A model generated the notes under the pieces. It searched no databases and was not told where the DNA came from. It saw nothing but the letters and a program-made list of their open reading frames with translations. The position numbers and the translations under genes are program-made. Source: a virus (taxonomy: Duplodnaviria > Heunggongvirae > Uroviricota > Caudoviricetes > Demerecviridae). From it: a DNA stretch of 64,000 bases. Positions 18,614-28,607 of this stretch are shown piece after piece (position 1 is the first letter of the stretch; every line of letters starts with the position of its first letter). The DNA is taken from positions 35,533 to 99,532 of the IMG/VR virus record IMGVR_UViG_2974607751_000001, one strand, 5' to 3'.

Positions 18614-20944
18614 ATGAGCCATCGCATCGAAAAAGTAATTAAACGTGACGGTACTGTTCAGGACTTTGCTCCTGAAAAACTCAATGATTGGGCTGCATGG
18701 GCATGTAAAGATACTGACGTAAGTTGGTCTGCCGTAGTTATGGCTGCCCTGAAAAATCTACCCAAAGGTGTTGTAGACTCCGATACACTCCAAGATGTGT
18801 TAATTAAAGCTGCTGAAGGTCTTATCAAAGACAACCCAGCATATGATACTGTAGCAAAGGAATTACGTCTTGCGCAGATGCGTAAACGCCTATATGATTC
18901 CTTTGAACCTCCTTCTCTGCGTTTCTTCCACGATCATATGGTTCGTGTCGGCGCTTGGGAAGACATGAGTGCATGGATTAGCGATGATCAGTTTGACGCT
19001 CTGAACCAAGTTATTGATCATGATCGTGATCGTTTATTCACCAGTGGTGGACTGAAACAGTTCTTCGACAAGTATTCTCGTCGTAATATTGCAACTGGTG
19101 AAATTTATGAAACTCCGCAGTTTGCCTACATGGGTATGGCAATGGCGATGTTATCTCAACCTAACTGGACAATTCTAGATGCAATCGACCTCTACAATGC
19201 AATGTCGCTCCACAAAATCAACGTTCCTACGCCGCCACTGGTTGGCCTGCGCTCTAGTGACCGTGGATTTGCTAGTTGCTGCCTCGTGGATTCCACTGAC
19301 ACGCTGGATTCAATCGACACAGCCGAGCACATCGTCTTCAAAATGGTCGCAGCCAGAGCGGGAATCGGGTATCATCTTGAAAGCCGATCAATTGCTGATC
19401 CGGTGCGAAATGGGGCATTCCCGCATTCCGGAAAACTGCCATATTATCGACACATTGACCGATCAGTAAAAGCTAACACTCAGCAAACCCGTGGTGGTTC
19501 TGCTACTGTGTCTTACCCATACTTCGATCCTGAAATCATTCAGTTGATGCAGGTTAAGCAGCAACGTGCTACAGACGAGAATAAAATCGATAAGATGGAT
19601 TACTCTCTGAGCTTTAACAACCTTCTGTTAAAACGTTACCTGAAAAATGAAGATATTACGCTAATGTCCTACTTCTACGCACCAGAAGTTCATGAAGCGT
19701 TTTATGGTGAAGATGAGGCTAAGTTTGAAGAAATCTACGTGGCAGCGGAGAAACGTGTGGCATCTCTTACAAAGATCGACCACGAAGGAAAAACAATTCC
19801 AGCAGCTCCTAGAATCTCTGCAAAAGAAATCCTAGATACTTGGTTACGTATCCGTATGGAAACAGGGCGTATGTATGCTCATCACATTGGTGAATCTAAC
19901 CGTCACGGTAACTTCCTTGACCCGATTCGTATGACCAACCTTTGTGTAGAGATTACTCAGCCTACTCGTCCATTCCAGCACATTACGGAACTGTACAAAA
20001 CTGCGGATCAATTAGATGATATGCGTCCAGAAGATATTGGTGAAGTATCCCTGTGTAACTTAGGTGGTGTTGTACTAGGTCGCATGGAATCTCTGGCTGA
20101 ATGGGAGAAAACTTGCTACATTCTTCTGAAATTCGTTGATACAATCATCGAGATTCAGGATTACCCATTCCCAACTATGGAGTACACGGCTAAGAAACGT
20201 CGTAACGTTGGTATTGGTCTGATGAACGCAGCAGGTGCAATGGCAGCAGAAGGTTTGGCTTACGAAGGTGTTGAAGCCCGTAACTGGATTCACCGTGAAG
20301 CTGAAAAGCTGTCCTACTTCCTACATAAAGCCTCTGTACGTCTGGCTAAAGAACAAGGTGCATGTGACTGGTTTAATCGTACTAAGCCTTCGCAAGGAAC
20401 TCTGGTAATCGACACGTACAAGAAAACTGTTGATGAACTGGTAACTGTAGGTCTAGAAATGGATTGGGAATCTCTGCGTGCAGATATTCTGAAATATGGT
20501 ATGCGCAACTCTGTTCTGACTGCTCAGATGCCAGGTGAAAGTTCCTCTGTACTGCTAGGTGTTACTAACTCTATCGAACCACCTCGTAAGATCGTATCTA
20601 TCAAGGGTAGTGCAGTGAATAAAGTAATTGCAATTGCTCCAGGTGCAACTGATTGGGATACATTAATGAGCTATAAACTGGCTTATGATGTAGATCGTAT
20701 CGAGTGGATCAAATGGGTAGCAACCATGCAGAAATTCTTCAGTCAGTCTATCAGTACGAATATGTACTATGACTACACCAAGTTTGAGAATGAAATCATT
20801 CCTGGTCCAGTAGTAGTTCGTGATTTCATGACTGCTGTTAAGTACGGTTGGAAAACTTGGTACTACGCTAACTTCAACACTGAAAATGGTGGTGGAGCTG
20901 GTGAAGAAGCAGCAGGTTGTGCATCAGGCGGTTGTAACCTGTAA
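18614..20944 (+). CDS. nrdA: Class Ia ribonucleotide reductase alpha subunit
   Basis: The ATP-cone motif VIKRDGTVQDF is present. The RBS is aaaaggaaagccaaATG. Confidence 0.9.
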   Translation: MSHRIEKVIKRDGTVQDFAPEKLNDWAAWACKDTDVSWSAVVMAALKNLPKGVVDSDTLQDVLIKAAEGLIKDNPAYDTVAKELRLAQMRKRLYDSFEPPSLRFFHDHMVRVGAWEDMSAWISDDQFDALNQVIDHDRDRLFTSGGLKQFFDKYSRRNIATGEIYETPQFAYMGMAMAMLSQPNWTILDAIDLYNAMSLHKINVPTPPLVGLRSSDRGFASCCLVDSTDTLDSIDTAEHIVFKMVAARAGIGYHLESRSIADPVRNGAFPHSGKLPYYRHIDRSVKANTQQTRGGSATVSYPYFDPEIIQLMQVKQQRATDENKIDKMDYSLSFNNLLLKRYLKNEDITLMSYFYAPEVHEAFYGEDEAKFEEIYVAAEKRVASLTKIDHEGKTIPAAPRISAKEILDTWLRIRMETGRMYAHHIGESNRHGNFLDPIRMTNLCVEITQPTRPFQHITELYKTADQLDDMRPEDIGEVSLCNLGGVVLGRMESLAEWEKTCYILLKFVDTIIEIQDYPFPTMEYTAKKRRNVGIGLMNAAGAMAAEGLAYEGVEARNWIHREAEKLSYFLHKASVRLAKEQGACDWFNRTKPSQGTLVIDTYKKTVDELVTVGLEMDWESLRADILKYGMRNSVLTAQMPGESSSVLLGVTNSIEPPRKIVSIKGSAVNKVIAIAPGATDWDTLMSYKLAYDVDRIEWIKWVATMQKFFSQSISTNMYYDYTKFENEIIPGPVVVRDFMTAVKYGWKTWYYANFNTENGGGAGEEAAGCASGGCNL

Positions 20945-20952
20945 TAAAAACA

Positions 20953-20976
20953 AGGAGATCTTCGGGTCTCCTTTTT
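20953..20976 (+). terminator. rho-independent terminator
   Basis: Sequence is ggagatcttcgggtctccttttt. Confidence 0.6.
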
Positions 20977-20990
20977 CTTTGAAATTTTAC

Positions 20991-21019
20991 TTGCTAATCG
21001 CTACCAGATTTGCTATAAT
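20991..21019 (+). promoter_or_regulatory. early promoter upstream of nrdB
   Basis: Sequence is TTGCTAatcgctaccagatttgcTATAAT. Confidence 0.5.
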
Positions 21020-21050
21020 ATTCCTGAAATAGTGAGAAAGAGGAAAATCA

Positions 21051-22196
21051 ATGACTACTTTACTAAACCTGAATTGGGATCATACTAACGCTGATCTTTT
21101 CCTGGGCGATTCTCTTGGTATCGCAGACTACGTTCGTGTAGCGCATCCTGAACTTGAGCGTCTAGCACTTCTGCAACGTTCTCAATTCTGGACTGAAACT
21201 GAAATCAGTCTAGAGGCCGATAAAAAGCAATGGCCTAATCTACCTCGTGATATTCAGGAAATTACTCTCCTGAACTTAGCATGGCAAACTCAAACAGATT
21301 CTTTCATTAGTCGTGCTCCTGAAGCAGCTATTATGCCACTTGTAAGCCGTCCTGAACTGGAAGGTATGCTCAAGCAGTGGAGCTACTTCGAAGATCTGCA
21401 CAGCCGTGCGTATAGTAACATTATTCGTAACGTTCTGACTGATCCAGCAGAATTTATTGATTCTGTAACCAAAAACCAAGAAGCATTTGCACGTATTGCA
21501 GATTCTGTTGAACTGTTTGATGAACTGTATCTATTAGGTCAGTATTTCCTCGCAGTACGTGATCATCAGGGTGATAATACTTATCCAGAAACTGAGTTCC
21601 CTGAAGTTAAACGTGAAACTCAGGCTAAACTGTTAGATGCTTACTTTGCAATCTACGGTCTGGAAGCAATGCAGTTCTACGCATCTTTTGCATGTACCTT
21701 TGCTCTAGCAGAGAACGATATTCTGCAAGGTATTGCTAAAAACCTGCAATTAATCGCTAAAGACGAAGCTCTGCATACTCAAATGTCTAAAGCTATCATC
21801 CAGATTATGTTCCAGCAGTTTGATAAAGATCTGGTAGATGAAGCATTAGCTAAAGCACCAGCACAACTCCTGAAAACTCTGAAAACTGAGATTGAATGGG
21901 GTCACTTTATCTTTAAAGGCCGCAGTCTGATTGGTTTGAACGCAGAACTGCTCGAAGAATACCTTTACTTTGTAGGACGTAACGCATTTATGCACATCGG
22001 TGTTGAATGGCCAAGCCACTTACCTGTAATCATGAAGAACCCTATTCCGTGGATTATGAACTGGTTAGATACTACATCTTTACAACCTGCTCCTCAGGAA
22101 ATTCAGATTGGTGCAGCCTACCGTGTAGGTCAAGTAACTGAAACCTCTGCTGATACTCTGAAAGATCTTGGCAACGAATTTGAGGACATGTTCTAA
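21051..22196 (+). CDS. nrdB: Class Ia ribonucleotide reductase beta subunit
   Basis: Ferritin-like di-iron motifs include EALHT. Confidence 0.85.
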   Translation: MTTLLNLNWDHTNADLFLGDSLGIADYVRVAHPELERLALLQRSQFWTETEISLEADKKQWPNLPRDIQEITLLNLAWQTQTDSFISRAPEAAIMPLVSRPELEGMLKQWSYFEDLHSRAYSNIIRNVLTDPAEFIDSVTKNQEAFARIADSVELFDELYLLGQYFLAVRDHQGDNTYPETEFPEVKRETQAKLLDAYFAIYGLEAMQFYASFACTFALAENDILQGIAKNLQLIAKDEALHTQMSKAIIQIMFQQFDKDLVDEALAKAPAQLLKTLKTEIEWGHFIFKGRSLIGLNAELLEEYLYFVGRNAFMHIGVEWPSHLPVIMKNPIPWIMNWLDTTSLQPAPQEIQIGAAYRVGQVTETSADTLKDLGNEFEDMF

Positions 22197-22726
22197 TGAT
22201 TGCAGCAATATACGCAACTGGGCCGAATGGGGAGTTCGGCCTCAATGGTAAGCTCCCCTGGGGTTCTTTCAAAGAAGAACTAGATACTTTCTACGCTACT
22301 TTGGATTCTCTAGCACCTGATAATATTATTGTAGGAGCAGGAACTTGGTTAGCCTTCCCTGAGACTCTGCAAAAAAGAATACTAGGAGATTCTGACCTAT
22401 TTATTTATGCAAATAGACCACTACCTAACTCTGTAGGATCAGCCACACGCATAAGTAATATTGGATACAGTCTGCCTGATTTCCTCAAGGAAGAAGTAAC
22501 TATAGTATTAGGAGGAGCAACTCTGCTTCTTGAAATGTATGTCAAAAATCATCTAGATATGGCGTATATCTCTACTATTACTTCAGCTACACCATTATCT
22601 GCTGATGTACATCTGCATCATCACATTACTTTAACTAATTCAACGGCAACTAGAATGGACTATGTAGCAGGACAGAATGCAGATAAAACGCTTTCTTTCT
22701 TACAAGAATTGGTGATATTTAAATGA
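22196..22726 (+). CDS. frd: Dihydrofolate reductase
   Basis: [23 protein letters not shown] matches the DHFR N-terminal pattern. The gene lies next to thyA. Confidence 0.65.
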   Translation: MIAAIYATGPNGEFGLNGKLPWGSFKEELDTFYATLDSLAPDNIIVGAGTWLAFPETLQKRILGDSDLFIYANRPLPNSVGSATRISNIGYSLPDFLKEEVTIVLGGATLLLEMYVKNHLDMAYISTITSATPLSADVHLHHHITLTNSTATRMDYVAGQNADKTLSFLQELVIFK

Positions 22727-23577
22727 AGCAATATATCGAAACGGGAAAACGTATTCTTGAAGAGGGTGTATGGGTAACAAATCCTAGAACGGGGGTTCGT
22801 TGCCTAACCATTATTGATGCAGACTTTACTTTTAACGTAGGAGCTGGAGAGCTGCCACTAGTAACTACTCGTAAAGCATTTGCTAAACAAGCAATAATGG
22901 AAATGATCGGGTATCTACGTGGGTATGACTCAGCAGCACAATTCCGTGCTATTGGAGTTAATACTTGGAATGCTAATGCCAATGAAAACATTGCATGGCT
23001 GGATAATCCATATCGTAAAGGCGAAGATGATATGGGACGAGTCTATGGTGTTCAAGGACGTCATTGGACTAACTCCGATGGTCTGATGTTTGACCAGTTG
23101 GCCAAGATCTACCGTAATCTGAAAAGAGGTATTGATGATCGTGGGGAAATTCTAACTTTCTGGAACCCAGGAGAATTTTCTAAGGGTTGCTTACGTCCAT
23201 GTATGCATACCCATCAGTTCTCTATTTTAGGTGATACACTATACCTAAACTCTTTCCAGAGGTCTAATGATTTCTTGCTGGGCCAAGTATTTAATATGGT
23301 GCAATGCTATGCACTTCTAGCTATTATGGCACAGATTACAGGTCTTAAGCCAGGTATTGCTCGTCAAAAGATTATCAATCTTCATATCTATGAAGATCAG
23401 CATAATGTTCTGATGGAACACAAGCAATTCGATCGTGAACCTTTTGCACCTCCTACTTTAGAAATTAATCCGAATATTCGAACTTTGGATGATGTATTAA
23501 CGTGGGTAAGTAAAGATGATTTTACTGTTCGTGGCTATGAACACCATCCTGCTATTGCATATCCATTCACAGTCTAA
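22723..23577 (+). CDS. thyA: Thymidylate synthase
   Basis: The active-site region [11 protein letters not shown] is present. The N-terminus is TS-like. Confidence 0.85.
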   Translation: MKQYIETGKRILEEGVWVTNPRTGVRCLTIIDADFTFNVGAGELPLVTTRKAFAKQAIMEMIGYLRGYDSAAQFRAIGVNTWNANANENIAWLDNPYRKGEDDMGRVYGVQGRHWTNSDGLMFDQLAKIYRNLKRGIDDRGEILTFWNPGEFSKGCLRPCMHTHQFSILGDTLYLNSFQRSNDFLLGQVFNMVQCYALLAIMAQITGLKPGIARQKIINLHIYEDQHNVLMEHKQFDREPFAPPTLEINPNIRTLDDVLTWVSKDDFTVRGYEHHPAIAYPFTV

Positions 23578-23583
23578 TTCAAA

Positions 23584-23601
23584 TAGCCCTTCGGGGCTAT
23601 T
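23584..23601 (+). terminator. rho-independent terminator
   Basis: Sequence is tagcccttcggggctatt. Confidence 0.5.
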
Positions 23602-23675
23602 ATATTTAAATTTCATTTGCTTATTAAGTGAAATTCAAATATAATATACTTCTAATTTGACAGAAGGATTTAATA

Positions 23676-24254
23676 ATGACAGCCATAGTAGCATTTAAAT
23701 ATAAAGATAAAGTATACTTAGCTGGTGATCGTATGGGTTCTAATGGCTATACGAAACTGCTGGTTAAAAATCCGAAAGTATTCAAAATCTCTGATGATTT
23801 GTACTTTGGATACACTAGTTCCTTCTACATGGGACAATTACTAGAACATAGCTTTACTATACCACCACGTTTAGCAGATATTTCCGACGATAAATATTTA
23901 TACACGGAAATAGTACTTAAACTACGTGATATGTTCAACCAGAAAGACTTTGGCGAAAAGAAAAATGAAAAATATGCTGAACCTAATCTGGGACAATTTA
24001 TTATGCTCTACAAAGGAAGAATCTTTATTTTCCAATCTAATGCTTCTATTCTAGAAGTTGAATATGCCGGTGTAGGTTGTGGAGGAGAGGATGTACTTTC
24101 CAGTATCCGTACAGGTTTAGCTATTGCGGATTGTCGAGCTACAGATTTAGATGTAGATGATATATTCGAAATCATTGATCTGGCTTTTACGCATTGTGCA
24201 GATTATATGTGTGGTGTATCTTCCCAACATGATATTTTAGTAATTGGAGAATAA
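23676..24254 (+). CDS. HslV/proteasome-beta-like Ntn-hydrolase
   Basis: MTAIVAFKYKDKVYLAGDRMGSNG follows the HslV N-terminal pattern TTIV.V..G.V.AGD.Q.T.G with Thr2 as nucleophile. A later GCGGE segment resembles the HslV GSGG region. Confidence 0.45.
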   Translation: MTAIVAFKYKDKVYLAGDRMGSNGYTKLLVKNPKVFKISDDLYFGYTSSFYMGQLLEHSFTIPPRLADISDDKYLYTEIVLKLRDMFNQKDFGEKKNEKYAEPNLGQFIMLYKGRIFIFQSNASILEVEYAGVGCGGEDVLSSIRTGLAIADCRATDLDVDDIFEIIDLAFTHCADYMCGVSSQHDILVIGE

Positions 24255-24257
24255 ATA

Positions 24258-24527
24258 ATGTCTATTCTTTTATCTGCTTTAGAAGCAAAGCAAAATACTA
24301 TTGCTAGTATTAAAAAGGAAGTAATTGATCTGGAATCACTTATCGCCGTAGAAATCGATAAAGCCATTAAAGATAAGGAATTTAATTGCCACATTCAGGG
24401 ACTGACCGAATACTCAGAAAACGCTAGAAATAGCGTTATGCAAAAACTTAGCAAACTAGGTTATGTTGTAGAAGCTAAGTATGAACAGCGTGAAGGTTTT
24501 TGGCTTGAAATTGATTGGAGCAAATAA
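24258..24527 (+). CDS. hypothetical protein
   Basis: ORF overlaps the rnh start by 1 nt. Confidence 0.4.
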   Translation: MSILLSALEAKQNTIASIKKEVIDLESLIAVEIDKAIKDKEFNCHIQGLTEYSENARNSVMQKLSKLGYVVEAKYEQREGFWLEIDWSK

Positions 24528-25003
24528 TGTCGGTTTTCCACATATATACAGATGGTGCATGTAAAGGCAATCCTGGTTTAGGTGCGTGGGGATTCGTTGT
24601 CTATAATGATAATGATGATCGTATTGGCTCTAAATCTGGCTTCAGCCCTAAAACTACTAATAACGAAATGGAACTTACTGCAATTGTAGAAGTTCTTCGT
24701 TGGTCTACTAAGAAAGATAATCGTCCAGTAATTATCTATACTGATTCTGCTTACTGCAAAAATGGTATGGAAAGCTGGATGTGGTCTTGGCAGAAGAAAG
24801 GCTGGAAGAAGGGAGATGGTGAAACTCCTCTTAATCTAGAACTCTGGCAAGAAGCATTTAAACTAACTCAACAGTATATTAATTTCCATGATACCAATCC
24901 AACCTTTGTTAAGGTTAAAGGTCATTCAGGTATTCGTGGTAACGAAGAAGTTGATGTTCTATGCAATACTGTAATTACTGAGCAAGAACTTGCTGAGATG
25001 TAA
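24527..25003 (+). CDS. rnh: Ribonuclease H
   Basis: HIYTDGACKGNPGLGAWGFVV, ELTAI and TDS catalytic motifs are present. Confidence 0.85.
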   Translation: MSVFHIYTDGACKGNPGLGAWGFVVYNDNDDRIGSKSGFSPKTTNNEMELTAIVEVLRWSTKKDNRPVIIYTDSAYCKNGMESWMWSWQKKGWKKGDGETPLNLELWQEAFKLTQQYINFHDTNPTFVKVKGHSGIRGNEEVDVLCNTVITEQELAEM

Positions 25004-25023
25004 TAAATAAATTAAAAATTCAC

Positions 25024-25052
25024 TTGCTTAAAGCCCTCAAATTTAGTATAAT
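25024..25052 (+). promoter_or_regulatory. PN25-type early promoter
   Basis: Sequence is TTGCTTaaagccctcaaatttagTATAAT. Confidence 0.55.
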
Positions 25053-25079
25053 ATTCGTATTGAAAGTGAGGAGGGCTTT

Positions 25080-25358
25080 ATGCGAATTTACAACTCAAAT
25101 TCATTAGGATTTAAACCTTTGAGAAAACGCGCACAATCTCCGCGTCAGATCAGAAAGGCAAATATTGGTGAGCCAGAAACTAGGCTTCCACCACCTCCGG
25201 AGCAACGTCTAGTTTACCTAGATGAAGAATTAGCCGAAAGGGAACGCAAAGCTCAAGAAGAAATTGAGCGTAAGAAACTGTGTACTGCTCCTGCGTATAA
25301 TAAAGGTGGTTATCAGTATGTTTCCAGTGAGGAACAAGCTAAGATGATCGGCAGATAA
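25080..25358 (+). CDS. hypothetical protein
   Basis: Promoter-driven small ORF. Confidence 0.4.
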   Translation: MRIYNSNSLGFKPLRKRAQSPRQIRKANIGEPETRLPPPPEQRLVYLDEELAERERKAQEEIERKKLCTAPAYNKGGYQYVSSEEQAKMIGR

Positions 25359-25374
25359 TTTTTAAAAAATTCAT

Positions 25375-25403
25375 TTGCTAAACGCTTCAAAATTTCGTAT
25401 AAT
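25375..25403 (+). promoter_or_regulatory. PN25-type early promoter
   Basis: Sequence is TTGCTAaacgcttcaaaatttcgTATAAT. Confidence 0.55.
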
Positions 25404-25441
25404 ATATCTCATAAATTGATCAACAAAAAGGAAAACAAATA

Positions 25442-25957
25442 ATGGCTAAGCAGAAAAACGCAAAAACTCAGGCAGCTCCAGCAGTTAAAACTTTCGCTCA
25501 GACCGAAGCCAATCGTAAGGCTCGTCTGGAACGTCATCTGCGTAAGCATCCTACTGATGCTCAGGCTCAGACTGCCCTGAAGTCTCCGGCTCCGGTTCGT
25601 CAGAAGCCGAAGGCTAAGAACTCCACTCGCGCAACTGCTAAGCAGGTTGTGTTCATCAAGGGTGAAGGCCATAAGTCTGTACCGGTAACTCTGAGCTTTA
25701 ATGGCGGTGCTGAGATGTTCGCCCGCAATGGTATGGCTCTGAAGGATTATGAAAAAGCAGTCAATCAGAAGCGTAAGCCAATGGCTGACGTAATGCGTGA
25801 ATCCCGTGGTCAGTTTGGCTCCGTTAAGCCGAATATCTTCGGTGTAGAATATAGCCGTGACAACGTTCGCGCGCTGTGCTATGGTATCGGTATTAAGTTT
25901 ACCGGTGTTTCTGATCGTAAATTCGCTAAACCTGCTCGTAAGCGTAAAGCGAAGTAA
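25442..25957 (+). CDS. Highly basic Lys/Arg/Ala-rich protein (putative nucleic-acid binding), host-like codon usage
   Basis: GC content is about 50% with CGT/GCT/CTG codon bias. A terminator follows. Confidence 0.5.
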   Translation: MAKQKNAKTQAAPAVKTFAQTEANRKARLERHLRKHPTDAQAQTALKSPAPVRQKPKAKNSTRATAKQVVFIKGEGHKSVPVTLSFNGGAEMFARNGMALKDYEKAVNQKRKPMADVMRESRGQFGSVKPNIFGVEYSRDNVRALCYGIGIKFTGVSDRKFAKPARKRKAK

Positions 25958-25963
25958 TGATTG

Positions 25964-25980
25964 ATGGGGCGAAAGCCCCA
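25964..25980 (+). terminator. terminator hairpin ggggcgaaagcccc
   Basis: GNRA-type loop stem; a second copy at 26243..26262. Confidence 0.5.
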
Positions 25981-26019
25981 TATACTAACTCTTTCTCTGA
26001 CTAATCAAGGATATTTTTT

Positions 26020-26235
26020 ATGTTCTCTAAGAAACCACGTTCCGTTACTGAAATCGTTGCTTCCTTTACCACTATTACTGATGAACTTCAAGCTCGTATT
26101 GAAGCTGACCAGAAAACTGCTGCTGATATTCAGAAACAGCAGGAAGAACTCGCTCTGAAACTGGCTGAAACCAATAAGAGTGAAAAATCTGCTCAAACTA
26201 TTAAGGAAAATATCCTTAAACTGCTGGGCAAGTAA
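26020..26235 (+). CDS. hypothetical small protein
   Basis: Coiled-coil-like sequence. Confidence 0.4.
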   Translation: MFSKKPRSVTEIVASFTTITDELQARIEADQKTAADIQKQQEELALKLAETNKSEKSAQTIKENILKLLGK

Positions 26236-26276
26236 TTTAAATCAGGGGGCGAAAGCCCCTCTTATTTGGAGAAACT

Positions 26277-26489
26277 ATGCGTAACTTCGTTGCAAAGAAT
26301 GATTTTAACCGTGCTAGCACTCATAAGTCTGCTAGAGACTACACTCGTCTTTCTAAACACGAGCTTCTAGAAGAAATTATGGAAGAAAACTGGGATGTTA
26401 ATGAAAATGGAACAGACCTGTTTGAAGAGGAGGAACTTCCTCTGAAAGACCCCAAGAAGTGGGAGTCTATTAAAGAGATGGCTCTTTAA
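26277..26489 (+). CDS. hypothetical small acidic protein
   Basis: Short intact ORF. Confidence 0.4.
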   Translation: MRNFVAKNDFNRASTHKSARDYTRLSKHELLEEIMEENWDVNENGTDLFEEEELPLKDPKKWESIKEMAL

Positions 26490-26519
26490 TAGTTTTCTAC
26501 AACAATAAAGGACATAATT

Positions 26520-27221
26520 ATGAAATTCAAGCCCTTTGGTATGCTGGACATTGAATCTCTAGGTACTCCAGGAAATTGTGGTACTACTCATATCGCAATG
26601 CCTTCTTTCGCTTTTGTAGCGATGCACGGAATTGATAAAGATCCTGATCTGGTATTCATTACTCTAGACGTTCAAGATCAACTTAATGCAGGTGCTAAAG
26701 TTACAGCATCTACTATTGCATTTTGGATGGAACAAGCTAGACTGAGCACTTCAGCTTGCCATATAGTAGAAGCATTGACTAATCGCAATCCAAAACTGAT
26801 TGCCTTCCGTGATGGTAAGCATCACTGCACTAATGACGTAGGTTCTAACTATGCTGCCTTCTCTATGGCTCAGAACATTATGGAATTGTCTCTAGGAGAT
26901 AATGCTCTGTATTACGGCAATGGCCCAGAGTTTGATATGACTATCTACTCTGCAAATACATTCCATGCCGGAACCCATGAAGAAATAGTTCCATGGAAAT
27001 TCTGGAACTTAGGTAACGTTCGATCTTTCCGTAATCAGTGGATGCAAGCTGGTTATAGCTATAAAGATCTAGAAGCCGAAGGTGCTAGCTGGGCAAAAGC
27101 TAAAATGGAAAAGATGGACACCATTCGTTATGGAATCTATCCTGTGAAGCATGATCCAGCATTCGATGCTTTAGTTGAAAGTTATTGTGTAGCCGTCATG
27201 CTCGAAAAAATCAAAATTTGA
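26520..27221 (+). CDS. DEDDh-family 3'-5' exonuclease
   Basis: LDIESLG is the exo I DxE motif. HDPAFDA is the exo III H-x4-D motif. Confidence 0.55.
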   Translation: MKFKPFGMLDIESLGTPGNCGTTHIAMPSFAFVAMHGIDKDPDLVFITLDVQDQLNAGAKVTASTIAFWMEQARLSTSACHIVEALTNRNPKLIAFRDGKHHCTNDVGSNYAAFSMAQNIMELSLGDNALYYGNGPEFDMTIYSANTFHAGTHEEIVPWKFWNLGNVRSFRNQWMQAGYSYKDLEAEGASWAKAKMEKMDTIRYGIYPVKHDPAFDALVESYCVAVMLEKIKI

Positions 27222-27222
27222 T

Positions 27223-27251
27223 TTGCTTTCAGCTCCAAAATTTTGTATAAT
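27223..27251 (+). promoter_or_regulatory. PN25-type early promoter
   Basis: Sequence is TTGCTTtcagctccaaaattttgTATAAT. Confidence 0.55.
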
Positions 27252-27291
27252 ATATTCATAAATTTGAGAGAACAACAAAAGGAAAATAATT

Positions 27292-27474
27292 ATGCCAGTA
27301 TCTAAAAACGTCCGTAAAAATGGTAAAGTAGCAAAACGTAACCTGGGTCTGCGTCGTATGGCTGAACGTCAGTCCGGCATCCAGAAAATCTTTAACGTAC
27401 TGAATCGCGCCAATCCGAATATTGATAACAGTTCTGATACTGTTCTGCGCACTCTGCTGGCAATCGGTCTGTAA
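27292..27474 (+). CDS. hypothetical small basic protein
   Basis: Short ORF directly downstream of the promoter. Confidence 0.4.
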   Translation: MPVSKNVRKNGKVAKRNLGLRRMAERQSGIQKIFNVLNRANPNIDNSSDTVLRTLLAIGL

Positions 27475-27529
27475 TAGACCGTTTTTTAAAACAAATTCAA
27501 ATCTCAAACTTCATATAAGGAAGCAAATA

Positions 27530-28168
27530 ATGACTACTCGTATCTCTAAAACTCGTGCTCTGGCAACTATCAAGTCTCTGGAAGCTAAAATCCGTAAAGC
27601 TACTGAACAACAGCTTTTGATCGCTGTTGGTGAAGGTAAGGACAAGAACCAAGTTGTAGTTGGCGCTGCAATCGAAGTAGATGCTCTGTCTGCTCGTATT
27701 AAGACTGATTTCCAGTCTCTGCTGGATATGATGTCCCAGCGCGATCGTCTGAAAGCTGCGCTGATCAAGAGCAATGCTGAAACTGTTGTAGAGATCGGTT
27801 CTCGCTCTATGACTGTTGCGGAAGCAATCGAAGCTAAGCGTTCTATGGAACTCAAGGCTCAGTTGCTGGCTAACATGCGTAAGCAGTTCCATGCTGCTAC
27901 TGTTAAGTTTAACACTCAGAAGGCTCAGTTTGATGCCAAGTATGAGCGTCTGCAGGATACCATGGCTACCCGCGACAAGAAGACTTCCGAGGATGAAGTT
28001 AAGATGCAGCTTAACCTGCTGGAACTCAAGAACACTCCGTTCCTGATCGATCCGCTGGAACTGGAAAAGCTGATCAAGCAACACGACGAAGAATACCAGG
28101 ACTTTGCAACTAACGTTGACTTTGTTCTGTCTGAGTCCAACGCCTCTACTTTTATCGAAGTAGAGTAA
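27530..28168 (+). CDS. coiled-coil protein, host-like codon usage
   Basis: The internal Met MTTRISK was chosen over the track start; the RBS is aaggaagcaaataATG. Confidence 0.5.
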   Translation: MTTRISKTRALATIKSLEAKIRKATEQQLLIAVGEGKDKNQVVVGAAIEVDALSARIKTDFQSLLDMMSQRDRLKAALIKSNAETVVEIGSRSMTVAEAIEAKRSMELKAQLLANMRKQFHAATVKFNTQKAQFDAKYERLQDTMATRDKKTSEDEVKMQLNLLELKNTPFLIDPLELEKLIKQHDEEYQDFATNVDFVLSESNASTFIEVE

Positions 28169-28548
28169 TAATTTAAAAGACTAGTAAATCGGTAGACGAA
28201 AGCCCAAGCATCTTACCTCGCAGCAGCGGTTGAAATACGAGGTTAAATAAGACCGCTGACCATACTATAAAGTATAATCTATTGGAGATTATGTTTATTA
28301 CACCAGCCTCTTAAGCTGAACTGTAAAAACGGTCGTTGGTAGTACCAACACAACTTCAAAGATCAACGCTCAAGTATGAAAGCTGAAAAGTTAAAAGCAC
28401 TCAAACTTCTAACCTTCTAAAGCTAAAAGATGCAAAGTATTCGTTGATGATTCAAACCCTAGATCAAAGGTACATGGCTCATAAGATATGGCCTGTGGCG
28501 CCTCTAGGCTGTTTATCGGTTTACTAGTCTCTCAATTTAAAAATGTAT

Positions 28549-28577
28549 TTGCTAATTAGTTTAGTTTTCTGTATAAT
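28549..28577 (+). promoter_or_regulatory. PN25-type early promoter
   Basis: Sequence is TTGCTAattagtttagttttctgTATAAT, followed by the leader aaattgatgagacgagg. Confidence 0.55.
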
Positions 28578-28607
28578 ATATTTTTAAATTGATGAGACGA
28601 GGCTATT

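Noticed and set aside
28178-28530. Inverted-repeat-flanked 350-bp segment as a MITE or mobile element
   Set aside because: No target-site duplication or second copy is visible in the window. The internal nested helices favour a structured RNA. It is kept as the alternative hypothesis in the findings.
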